A DNA stretch of 64,000 nt from Asterionella formosa (lineage: Eukaryota), in assembly GCA_002256025.1 (NCBI GenBank), contig NKIB01012282.1, positions 1 to 64,000 of the forward strand. Direction: 5' to 3'. Under the pieces are notes generated by a model. That model ran no database searches. It had not been told where the DNA came from and saw only the letters and a list, made by a program, of their open reading frames with translations. The first letter of the stretch is position 1. Each line of letters begins with the position of its first letter. The position numbers and the translations under genes were made by a program. Below are positions 1-11,563 of this stretch, piece after piece.

Positions 1-302
1 TAACTAGAAGTAGTAGTATTTGTTGAATATATGAGCTTATTTGTTAATCCTTGTGTGTAACTCGTTCTCCAAGTCGACACCAAAGTATACAATGAGGGTT
101 AGTCGAGTTCTCTCATTATTGAGTTCTTATACATACATGATATAACACTAACCCTATATACATCTGTATTGATGCGCAAGATCGCTCACATGGTACCCTG
201 ATGGTACTGCCCACTCTAGAGCATTGGATGAAACAGAACCAGAATTACTGAAGATGATAAAGTAATGATAACACACAGACAAACCACAACAATGACACAA
301 CT

Positions 303-740
303 TATGATGTCGTGTCCTTTATTATTGTCTTGCAAGAATGGAGCAAAGAACAAAATGCCATTGCCGCGGATCGAGCCGATGCCTTGTTACAGAAACTAAA
401 ATCTCTCAAACAGAAACAACCAGATACATACTCCTATGCTGCTGTATTGAATGCATTTACCGTCGACGGGTTCGACTTTTCGCTGTGTGGCGACGACTAC
501 ATTAGCGACAACTGTAAGCAGTTTTTGTCGCTTCCTGGCAAGGAGTTGCACACTGCCGATATGGAGCAGTTCGACACATACGTAGGAAAAGTCAAGGTTC
601 GTCCTCGCATGGAGTACGAAGGGGAACCGCCGTTCAACGCTGCTTTCTGGGCGAAAATTCAAGGAGTGCTCCAACAGTCAAGGCCTCCAGGTTTGGATGA
701 CTTGCGTGATCGCGAGCAATTGCGAGCCCAAGGGATCTAG
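303..740 (+). pseudogene. Chimeric gene fragment: PPR-like repeat piece joined to an unrelated coding fragment
   Basis: YDVVSFIIVLQEWSK...AADRADALLQKL...PDTYSYAAVLNAF resembles diatom PPR repeats. At about 460 the sequence switches abruptly to a more GC-rich, non-PPR segment. The ORF-track start at 312 is GTG, not ATG. Confidence 0.4.
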
Positions 741-1103
741 CGATAATACAAGTTGTGAAGGCATGTCGCGACATGAGTGACTGACATCGAAATGATGCAG
801 ATGGTCAAGGTCATGTACGTGATTAACCGAGCTAACTTTTACGTTTTGACTTTTGGCTCAAACGATAGCCTGCAAGCCTTCTAAACAGGAACTGTCGGTC
901 ACCGAGCTCTTCGCGATAATGCCTGCCACCTTCAGTGGATCTGGATTCACTTGGTCCGCCAGTTGCGACGGGGATAAAATTTTCCATCCTTCTTTCTTCT
1001 CTTGCGCCAGAAAATGTAGCATGCGCTGCCCTAATTTCTTGACGAAATCCTGGTTTGTTGTTTTGCGTGAAGCGTCCGTAAACCATGAACCGTTTGATCT
1101 TGA

Positions 1104-1263
1104 CATTCATGTGTCAAATCTAGTGTATCGAGGTGGCGACACGAAGACAATGACTGTACCTCACGCGGGAAGTTTCATTTTCATTCATGTGTCAGATCTA
1201 GTGTATCGAGGTGGCGACACGAAGACAATGACTGTACCTCACGCGGGAAGTTTCATTTTCATT
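1104..1263. repeat. 78-bp tandem duplication (2 copies, near-identical)
   Basis: The unit CATTCATGTGTCA(A/G)ATCTAGTGTATCGAGGTGGCGACACGAAGAC...GAAGTTTCATTTT starts at 1104 and again at 1182. Confidence 0.95.
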
Positions 1264-2441
1264 GTTTTTGTGACCATTTTTTCGTAATCCTTTGGATTCT
1301 GCAAGACATGGACGCAAAGACGATACGACTTTATTTATCGTTGCAGACAGTCGCAGTGACTCTCATGGGATATCCAACGTACAGAAAACGATTTGAGGGA
1401 ATGGATTTTTGCGAAGCCGATTTCTTAGTAGGACCTGTTCATTGAACGATGATGACTGCCGAAGCTCATAAAGTTGATAATTGAAGCAAATTTATGGAAG
1501 ATCAATGATCCACTAAGTTGATACTTTTTTATTGCTGGAGATTAACTGCACAGGAGGAATGACCTCACATCGTTTATTGACTACCTTAACATTTCATTAT
1601 TTCTCAATATTAACTCCATGTTTTCCGATTGACATTAGTTTCAAGTACTAGAACTCCTTATTACGTGCTAAGATAAATGAGCTGAATCTGGAATAGGTTT
1701 TGCTCACTGCTGCATCATGATTCCTTCTTCAGTTTTTGAATGCATAGTGTTGATTTACTCTCTTCAAGAGTTGCGCATGATGTGAGGCCATCCTTCAACT
1801 CAAGCCACCATGATGTTCAATGTGATTTTTCCATCGTGAACTTGCAACTTGGAGATTAAGGCTTTTTGAGGTTCTCAATGACAACCTTCCATCTTATTGA
1901 AGTGGACTATTAGTAAAATCTCTTTGCTTCCTGCATCGAGTTCACCCTTCAGCAGTGCACTTTACCAAATATTTGAAGGTTAAATAGTCTTACTAGTACG
2001 TTGTTTTACATTGTTCCATCACTCAAGCCTAATTACGCTAGCCTATTAAGGGAAATGTTATCTAGCTAACTACATGTAAGGACTTATTTAAGAATCTAGA
2101 ATAGTATCAATAAGAATCTCTGTTTCATCAAAATGGGTGAAGGTCATTATATTTTCTTAGCTACAATACTGTTGCTGGTAAAAGGTAACCAATATCATAA
2201 AAATATCCACTAGGGCCAATCTTAACAGAGATACAGAAATTTAAAAGAAGTTGCTCGGCCCAATTTTTTGTATCTCACATATCAGGGTGATTTGTTGCTT
2301 CCATCAACACATTTTTTGTTGCTCTGAAATGTGTATCTGTGTGTATCGCTGCAGATACATGCAGATACTGAGTTAAGCAACCACACTTTCTTGAATCATC
2401 AATAAGGTTGTCTTGTCGTCTAAAGAAGTATCTGAAAAGAA

Positions 2442-3480
2442 ATGGCACGCCCTTGTTTTACTCCTGAATCATCAACAAGGAGGTCTCCTCGCCTACTACT
2501 ATCGAAGCAATTGTTTACCACCAGAGAAGATATTGCCAATGACTCAAGTACAGATTCCGATTATCTCCTTCACAATGCATGGTCTGCATTTCCATCTCCA
2601 GTTCCTGCTGATATTTTATTGGATGACGATTCTGAAAGATCCCACCAGATTATTAACAAACAGGAAATACCTCCCAAGAATCAGAGGAAAAGAAATGCTG
2701 CAACTGCTCCCAAATATATTGAGAAGCATGGCACATACTATCGAGTAATCAATGTCTTCTTCAAGATGTTTTGTGTCTTGGGAATACATCAACATGTGTG
2801 AGTTGGATGCAAGGAAATTTCCCCATGAAGCAGTTTGGGACAAGTTATTGGATACCTACTACAGCCATGGACATAGACAATGATACATTTGGATCCATGG
2901 CATTCAAACACCCAGATTGAATACCACGGAATTGATGATAACTATCCCCTCACTTTTGACATGTTGGATAGCAAACAATTATGCAGTACCAAGTTTAAGT
3001 GATGGTGTTGCTATGGACAGTCTAATTCGCATTCCTGCAGAGGATGATGTTGCCAAGAAGCAAGCTACCTGTTCAACAAAGAAAAGGTAGAAAATATGAC
3101 AGCAATTAGTTTGAAAAACACATCCAAACAAGGAGTGGTTGATGCGCTTATAGAGCTTTAAAAAGCAAATGAGTGCCATACACAAATGACACGTGCCTCT
3201 CAAAGTTCCAATGCAGAATTTTCTCAAGCAACTTTTCTTGTAAAACGAGAGAAGGACCTAGCTACTGGATGTTGTAAGTATGTACCGCGAAAAGTTAAAG
3301 GAAGCTCAAACTGAAGTAGCAAGCAAGCGATGAAGTGTCACAAAAATTTGATGGTAAAGAGTATCAAGAGAATGTCAGTTTTGTTGAATTTTTTGAAGCC
3401 AAAATTTTTTGAAGCTATGGATGCACTGACCAAGAATTCTGTAGCTCTCATACAAACAGCTGAAGAGGATGCATCTAATC
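2442..3480 (+). pseudogene. Degenerate ORF, probably a transposon-associated accessory protein remnant
   Basis: Broken reading frames (YYRVINVFFK...ELDARKFPHEAVWDKL) followed by a charged, coiled-coil-like tail. Several stops and frameshifts; CpG-poor like the neighbouring transposons. Confidence 0.3.
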
Positions 3481-3880
3481 ATAATTAGGTTAACAATTAT
3501 ATTTCTACTTAGTTCTTGTTATTACCTAATTCCTTCCAGTTCTAGTTTGTATACTACATTATTCCTATTTTAGTCCTCAGTTCACACCATCGGCGCAACA
3601 CATTAGCCGGAGGTTGCCTAAACCCATCGTCTGCAAATACAAAGTATCATGCATATAGGATCAAGGGTATCATACGCTATGTGGCACAGGATTTTCGTAT
3701 ATATGATAATTTTTGGATCAAAACTATGATCAAGATATCTTGTAACTCTGATAATTTATTAATATTTCACCAACCTTGAAGTATAATGATAATAAGAACA
3801 TTATCATCACACAATGTATAAAAACTGATCAACAACATTTCTCATCAATATCATAAACCTTCTCATATTATCTTCGAGTA

Positions 3881-4250
3881 CTACGGGTGTGTAGTTGTAG
3901 CAATGACATTGCCGGTATGGTCATATAGCGTCAAAACCACTCCGACTAAGTTGGTATCACCACTGTCATTGTTGTCTGTATCCTCCTTGACACAGCCGGA
4001 AATTGAGCCAAGTTTCTGTGCACTAGGAGCAGGACTGATGACGGGCTTAAGACCTGGACGTTTGTCTACAAACTCATTGTTAAACAAGCTGCCGGATCTA
4101 ATGTCAATGTCGATTGAATTGATATCACCACCGTCATTGTCCCCAATGTTGACGAATCCTGTCGTTGGGGTCTTCTGATCAATTGTGTATACACCTGGAG
4201 GGGCGTAAAAAATGATCTTTCTGGCACTGTCCGTTAACGTTGTCATTGCA
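3881..4250 (-). pseudogene. Orphan fragment of an SdrD B-like (Cna-B type) repeat protein
   Basis: End of one repeat (TTLTDS...PPGVYTI...DNDGGD...NEFVDKRP), a Pro-rich linker, then the start of the next repeat (LGSISGCVKEDTDNNDSGDTNLVGVVLTLYD..GNVIATTT). Truncated at both ends. Confidence 0.7.
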
Positions 4251-4819
4251 GGGTTGTTGTGCTGTTGACTTTGTGGCTTGCCATCACCTGTGATGTGAAG
4301 CAAGTCAGCTGCCAGCGCTTTGTTGGTCCGATGAGATTGACCCACCAGCAGCATGTGTAAATCATTAGCAGAAATAATTTCCGTTCGGAAAATATTTATG
4401 CTGCCAGTTCCATCATGTTTGCAAGTGTCATGGAGGAGTCAACTAAGATTTGTGTGGCAAAAAAGTATTGGTGGTTTATACGAAGATTATGTAGGCTAGT
4501 ATGGTTTAAGGGTTTACCAAAAAGAGGGGCACGAAATATCTTTTTCCTTAATAATTAAAATAATCATTTGCATCTTTGTCAAGACCAAAGTCGAGCAATG
4601 ACTGTATATAATAAGTCTATAAGGTTAACGTTATATAGGACGTTACCATCTTTTTCATTATTAGCTATAGTATATCTAGTATGGTCAAATGTGCGTCAAA
4701 ATATATTTAGTAACCACGAGGGGTTGAGCATTATTGATCCTCTATCATTCTGGTCCTTTGCTTCTTTCATTCCAACATTGTTCTCAGCATGCTGTAGTTT
4801 CGTCGTATCATTCCCAAGA

Positions 4820-5928
4820 TCATTCACTTTGGCATTGACAGGCTCGTGCAGCCGTGATCAAGTTTTGCTTCTCAGCAGCGGCAATGAGTCCTTTTTGGTT
4901 GACGAGGTTGGCTTGGTCACGGACACATTTCCAATATGTTTTATAAAGAGTTCCTCCATTAAGACCAACATTCATGCTATTGCGACAGGCTGGTCGGTTG
5001 CAAGGACACGTCTTAGCAACAATCTGTGCACCGCTGCATCCATTGGAATCATGTGCCGCACCAATTTTTGTGTTCAGGCATTTGTCTGCTGCACTTGTGA
5101 TACCATCTTGATCAGGATCGCCGCGACAATTAACCATCTTAATCATGATGTTGTCAAAGCCAGCACCCTCTTGCGAGGCTAATTCCATTTTAGCGACGAA
5201 TGTCACCTTCAATGTGTTCGTTGCAGCAAACACCGACGACGGGATAGTTAGTGTATAGTGAACAATGTGATCTTGAGAACCTGAAAGAAAGCAAGCATGC
5301 ATCTTTATGAACTCTATCACCGCGAGCAACGTGGACTACTGAGCCGCTTCCGGGCAAGGAGGGGCTCAGATCAACCTTCTGATCGTTCAATTTGATCCTG
5401 AGAATGTCTGAAGGAAAGTCCCAGCTGGCGAGGGCGTAGAAGTCAAATTCCAATTTCAAGTTTGCTGTGGCAAGAGGGATCACAAAGGTTTTGGACGGCA
5501 TGACACCTAAATTTCCGTACGGTCCAAGAAAATTCCCAACGATGTAATTGTCCCCGACTTCATCACAATAGTCAAGCTTTGCATTTGCCCATCCTGTTGA
5601 AGACACGCTGTCCGCATCGTAAGCTTCGAATGTTTCTTTTGGCTGAATCTTACCTCCAGCCAAACATTTCCTTGCTGCAGACGACAAAGGGAACAAATGA
5701 TAACCCAAAGGTTGAGAGGGTGTGAGCAATAAACAAACGGTCTCAGTCAATACAGGCATATTATGCATCGCAATCATAGCTTATATTTGCAAGCATCGCT
5801 CAAAGATTTTTGACAAAACAAAAAGGCAAACAACAACATGGATTGACAACGAGAAAACAATAATACTTACCTGCAATCATGTCGACCATGATCAATGGTA
5901 AAACGAAAAGGGTGAAGTGGAGATTCAT
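4820..5928 (-). CDS. Secreted protein with a C-terminal thrombospondin-type-3-like repeat and a Cys-rich helical tail; frameshift near 5290 (possible pseudogene)
   Basis: Exon 1 5928-5871 encodes the signal peptide MNLHFTLFVLPLIMVDMIA. A GT-AG intron 5870-5675 joins in frame to ARKCLAGG. The frame then changes to the 4820..5329 ORF, which carries DPDQDGITSAADKCLNT..GAAHDSNGC. Confidence 0.7.
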
Positions 5929-6179
5929 GATGCTTGCTGCTTGCTGCTTGCTAGAGAGTTGGTTTTTATGTTGCTCGGTTTGTGTGTTTTCGGTTTCAAG
6001 GTCTTCTCATTTTGTTTTATGAGCAGAAGAATGTGGGGAAAATGAATGGATCAATTTTGCTGTTTCAATGTAAGCTCGGCATAAACAAGATCAAAGAGAA
6101 GACCATTCCATGAGTGTCAAGAACGCTTCTTGCATTTCTTCCTCCTACCACCAGGCATGATTAATTGAGAATGCCATAT

Positions 6180-7200
6180 TCAGTATTTCTATCTACATCC
6201 ATACATCTGTCAACATTGAATCGTCATGCGTTGCTACAGCGAGATCAAACCAAGCACAACTGTCAACGAGTGTCAACTGAGCTTGCTTGTTTATTCCCAC
6301 CAGGATTGGGAACTCTAGGTAGATTACCATCTCGTATACTATCTTGTCTGCTGTTGCATTTGTCTACATGCATCTTTCATAGTTAGTTGCAGGAAGAACA
6401 ATATCAAAGCGAATTCAGCTGCCAGCCAACCAGTATGAAGTCCTGCTGGATATTCATAGCTGCCAGTATTGGGAACTCCAACTGATGGTTATACTATATC
6501 GTTATCGTTAACCATCTTGCACATTGTTTCATTTGTCTATATACTATATATACTGTACACTTTTTAGAGTATGCTAAAGAGATCACAATGTAAAGGGAAG
6601 TCAGCAGTCAAGGAATGCCAACTGGGCATCATTGTTTATTACCACCAGGATTGTGAACTCCAGCAAGTTGTGCTATATCTTATACTTTCGATTTGTCTAC
6701 ATAAATTTTGTCAAAGTAAGCTACAGGAATATATCATCCAGTAGCCAAGCAGTATGAAGTGGACTTCGTTGTTTATTCCTACCAGCAGAATCGGGAACTC
6801 CAGCTGGCAATACTATGACATCTTATCATATTGTATACGTTGTTCAATTTGTCTACATAGATTGTTGTGGTGGCTACTGCAATATTCTCATCTAGCAGTC
6901 AAACCAGTATGAAGTGGGTGTCACTGTTTATTCCCACAAGGATTGGGAACTTCTCCAACTTGATATCCTATTTCTTATAAACAAGCAATATTGTACGTAA
7001 TTTAATTTGTTGTCATACATTTTTCATAATTAGTTAACACAGAGAGGAAAATGAAAATGCGAATTCGGCATACAAGCAGTGTGAAATAGACTTCGTTGTT
7101 TATTCCCATATTGATTCGGAACACCAGCTACATCGTTACCGGTATCATACACTTTATTTATCCGAAAGTCCGATTCTACCTTGTACATTTTGTCTACCGG
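6180..7200. repeat. Degenerate tandem array of about 6 units of ~140-180 bp
   Basis: GGGAACTC-like anchors at 6308, 6471, 6653, 6793, 6945 and 7117. Most are preceded by TGTTTATTCCCAC-like and followed by TTTGTCTACAT-like motifs; CAGTATGAAGT also recurs. Confidence 0.8.
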
Positions 7201-7499
7201 TACATTTTGTTACTGCATCATCGAGATCGAACCCAACACACGGAAGCACAGGGAAGGAGTCGTGTACGCTGAGCTTTTTGTGGTTTTTGGTATATCCACC
7301 ACCGACCTACCGTATGTATTGTACAATATGTGCTTACCTAGACATAAGGCTGGTACATCAAAGAAGCAACTACCGGTAGTAGACTATCATTGCTAGGGGG
7401 GAGTGATGAATCATCAGGACTAGCTACAGCTCCAAGTGGTACCGCAATTTCCGAAAACACCGCAAATTCCAACTGAGAGTAAACTCCAAGGATCTGCCA

Positions 7500-8570
7500 C
7501 CCTTCCTGCATGCCAACCCTGACATCTGCATGAACATTAAACGATATGGCAAAGAAAACTTGGATACCCTTCCCATCAAAATGCTTTCGGAATATATTCA
7601 TGACAAGGTCCCACCAGCACTGGTCCATTCGACATTCAATGAATCTATTGAGGAAAAAGAGGAGCAGAGTGTTAGCTTTGCACTTGACTTGGACTCTGAG
7701 GAGAAAAAGTCAAAGTTGAAACAAATTCTAATCATACATGGACTTACCTGCATTGGCCCCTCCACTGTCTATTGCTGGATGACTCGTCTGGGATTCTGAT
7801 ATGCACCAAGGAAGAAAGGATACTATGTTGATGGACATGAAAAACCTGCAACAATTCAATACCGATGGGATTTCTGCAAACGAGCAATATCTGGGCTATG
7901 AACAAAGAATGCACAGATGGATTCAGATACCAACCGAGGAAGCAGCTTTCATGAAAGAGAAGGGTGAGGTAGCTAAAAAGGGGTTCAGGATACAATTATG
8001 GCAATATTGTTGAGATTGGAGAACTACACGTTGAATGGAAAGCAGGATGCATTTGGATTTGTGCAGAAAGATTTTTCTTTGAACTCGCTGATGGGAAACT
8101 GTCTTGATTTCGAGGAAGAGGAGACACTATTGCAGTCAAAATGGGAAGGGAAATGGGACTACTAGTTGACCAAACGCCGAAATGTCACTGTGAACTTGCA
8201 ATAGAGGGAATCAAGTATTCTTGTGGTTGCGCCAAGAATTTTTACCGTTGGGTTTCTCTGAAGAGGAAAAAGGGTAAAGAGAACCTCAGGTCTGTGGTGC
8301 GAGAGAGCATGTCAACAGAAAAAGTGTTAACAACAAAACGGATAAAACATTTTTCAAGGTGAGCAAGACAATATATATGTGCATACTTCAAGATTTGGAA
8401 AGATCTGGACAAACAACATGACAGGATGGACGCCGAAGTTGACACAACAACACATGAAGCGGACCCCATCAGTGTTGAGAAGCTTGTCAAACAATTCAAA
8501 ACACACCGCTGTGCTCTCGATTTCGACACAACTTTCTGCAAGGCAACCTATGTCAACGATCTAACATAGC
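7500..8570 (+). mobile_element. Degenerate, internally deleted IS630/Tc1-mariner superfamily transposase
   Basis: STVYCWMTRLGF*YAPRKKGYYVDGHEKP (HTH and DGHE motif) and TPKCHCELAIEGIKYSCGCAKNFYR (PKxHxELxxxE signature). Several stops and frameshifts; the central catalytic region appears deleted near 8030. Confidence 0.75.
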
Positions 8571-9778
8571 GAACGACAGAGCAACAAAGCAAACAAGAAA
8601 CAAGTAGCAAAATCAACTTCATGAACGACAACAACAGATCGATGTTACATACTGTTGAATATGTGTAACGGACATGTCGGTAACGGTTACACCAATTACA
8701 CCGATACTGACAGTGACCGCACCAACCATGCCAGCGTGCAAACTAACGAACAAGACTGGACTACAGTTGAATCAAGGCATTTCAGGATTAGAAATAGAGT
8801 GTCTGGTACCAGCGAAACTGGCTCACTTTAATTTAATTATTTGGTTTTATAAACGATACCATCCCGGTGTGCTTTTATCGTCGGATTCGTTGTTTTATGG
8901 ACATAGTGTAAACAATGGAAGTAAGTCTCGTTTCTTGTTTGACTGATCCTTTCCATGAAATCCGTGAAATGCCATTTGGAATGTGGTCAAAGGACCAGAA
9001 GACTATGATGTAAAACAGTGGAAGAGAAACGCGGAGCTTTTTGCGGCGCTTGTGGAGGTGCAGCTCGTGTGATGGTAACCAAGTGTAGTAATTGTTGAAC
9101 AGAGCACAGTGTAAAATGCATGTTCCGCCAGCGTTGAGTTTACACAATACACATGCCTGCATATATATATAGCTAGTACATAACAAAGAAAAACGACACG
9201 ACAATGAACGTGATGGCTGGTTGTTGAGGAAAACGGTATGTGATGTGCATCAATCCATGTCACAAATCATATTATAGTGATGTACAGATCACTGCATCCG
9301 TATACTTAGATCCTATCCACTGTATAATACTATCATATGAACTGTTGGCTTTTACTGTATACATTAAAAGACGAATATATATATTAATTAACATACTTTA
9401 TGATTTATTTATTTATTTATTTTCTATGATGTATTGATAACACTTGCGTACATATTTTATTGTATTATTTTAACGTAATCATATTTTGATCAAAATTATA
9501 TCATAAAAATTTTTAAAAATCATCATAGTTCTATGATCAATTCATCATAGCTATGTGATATGCTTTTTTCAATATTACGTATCATACTTTGGTGATGTAT
9601 GCATCGATGTAACCCTATCGTGATATCACATTGTCATCTTATCAATCATGATGAGATGATTGGGAAGCAACTGTATTCTGCATCATACTACGGAGTATAT
9701 TATTATAACACGCACTTTAGTAGCTAAGTCACTCCTGTAATGTACACAAGTCGAAATTGCACAAAATCACACGCTAAT

Positions 9779-10205
9779 CAGGTTTGAGGCAACGGACAGG
9801 GGTTCCAACAAGCGAATGATGATACCACGGGTACCAATTTTTCCAGCGGCAAACCGTAATGATAAGGGACACTTGTCTCTCTATTGATGAGGATGACACA
9901 GACACCGACTTTTCCAGGAGCAAACAACAATGAAGAGACCCACTTGTCGCTCTATTGATTGCAACAAAGCAAGATGCGGACAAGTTCAACAGTGAATACA
10001 AGAACAACATACCATTGAAAACAAGTCGACAGTGTGTGTACGCACACGCCAAGCAGGTTTGAGGCAACGGACAATTCCAACAAGCAAATGACGATACAGA
10101 TATCAAATTCTTCCTACGAGCAAACAACAATGAAAAGAGCCACTTGCTTTCGCTCTCTTGATAGTATCAAAGATGCGGACAAGTTCAATAGTTAATTCAA
10201 GTACA
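9779..10205. repeat. Diverged direct duplication (offset ~275 bp; second copy internally deleted)
   Basis: CAGGTTTGAGGCAACGGACA at 9779 and 10054. AGCAAACAACAATGAA...AGATGCGGACAAGTTCAA is present in both copies. Confidence 0.85.
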
Positions 10206-10487
10206 GTATGCTAAATGCAGAAACGAGCGAGCGATATGAAAATGAAATGCGTTCTAATCAGAATCATTCTATAACTATAGCTGTGTGGACAGTAGTCTGT
10301 TACGCACATTTTCGTATCTCCTTCTATGCTGAATCTCAATAGTAGATGTAGTATCATGTGAGAATTGAAAATGTCAACAAGAACAAGTAGAATGTGTTTG
10401 TTTACGAATTGATTGGCGAGATTGTCATGCTGGTAGTCGACGAAACGGATTTACTATGTGCGCTGTGTGCGGAACCATTACGAGTTT

Positions 10488-10664
10488 GAATGATTTCTTC
10501 TCTGTAAACTCTTAAATGAATGATTATGAACAAAGGTTCACTGCACATGACAATTACTCAAAGATTGTATGATGTTCGAATGATTTCTTCTCTGTAAACT
10601 CTTAATTGAGTGATTATGAACAAAGGTTCACTGCACATGACGATTACTCAAAGATCGTATGATG
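10488..10664. repeat. 90-bp tandem duplication
   Basis: GAATGATTTCTTCTCTGTAAACTCTTAA...CAAAGGTTCACTGCACATGAC...GTATGATG at 10488 and 10578, with few mismatches. Confidence 0.95.
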
Positions 10665-11039
10665 ATCACTTGACCAACAATTGAAGACGTTATCGCAAAC
10701 ATTCATTCCGCTTGTCATTGCTAGTATTTCATTGTTGTTGCAAAAATCGGAGTGATGACGGATGGAAATGACGAGCAAAATTACATTACTTGAGCTGGTA
10801 CATTATCCTACCAAGAAATTCGAATACAGGAATCAAATAGAAACAATACATATAATAATTAAATATATGTAGTCAAAAGGGTTACTATTTAAATTACAAG
10901 GGGCAGCATTTATCAAAATTATTAGATGATATAACGAAAAACTATGATCAGATGATCACATCATGGAAATATGATAGTTTTTATTTGCAGACGATTGTTG
11001 GTGATGACAAGATCAAGAATAATTTGCCAAATCTGTGAA

Positions 11040-11563
11040 GTACCTTGTACTATATCCAACTTCCTGACAGTTGGACGATAAGCCCACCCAAGAGGAGCAT
11101 TGGGCATTGGGACAACAAAGCTCCAAACTAGTCAGAAATTCCATTCCATTAGCAAGTTCTTTCTTTTTATCATCATCCATGAGTAGTCAAAAATTGTGTA
11201 AGCGGGCACAAGCAGAAAGAATTGCAACTGATTTCTTCATCATGCTGAAGGACAAGGATGTCCTCAGGATCCTCCATTTATTGGTGAGCAATCCAAACGT
11301 CATCTCAATTCTAACAATGCGGAGTTGTGAAAGGAAATAGTTGTACGCATCTTTGTTTGTTGATTCCCTTTGACTTCCAACAAATGGACAGAGCACTTGA
11401 TCAGTCAATGTGTAGCTAAGCAGCATCACCTACTATGTATTTTCCTGGACAAACAAGGTTGGATACAATCTGGTAACGTTTTGTTCTTTCAAATGCCTTC
11501 TGATCTGGACATTTTCTTGGTGCCACAACACCAAAGTATAGGAAGCAACAATTGCTGTTTGCA
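11040..11563 (-). mobile_element. PIF/Harbinger (DDE_Tnp_4) transposase, C-terminal remnant
   Basis: FLYFGVVAP..CPDQKAFE...PGKYIVGDAA(fs)YTLTDQVLCPF...KDAYNYFLSQLRI.RIEMTFGLLTNKWRIL...CARLHNF. Confidence 0.85.

Noticed and set aside
4568..5182. 204-aa plus-strand ORF and other antisense ORFs over the large genes
   Set aside because: Shadow frames of better-supported opposite-strand genes, with no recognisable motifs.
6180..7200. CRISPR array interpretation of the periodic boxes
   Set aside because: The repeats are too degenerate, the spacing is too long, the linkers are themselves partly homologous, no cas genes are present and the context is eukaryotic.
8840..9075. Exon-like fragments with a GTAAGT donor (AIWNVVKGPEDYDVKQWKRNAELF)
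   Set aside because: No start, acceptor or family could be established; left unannotated.
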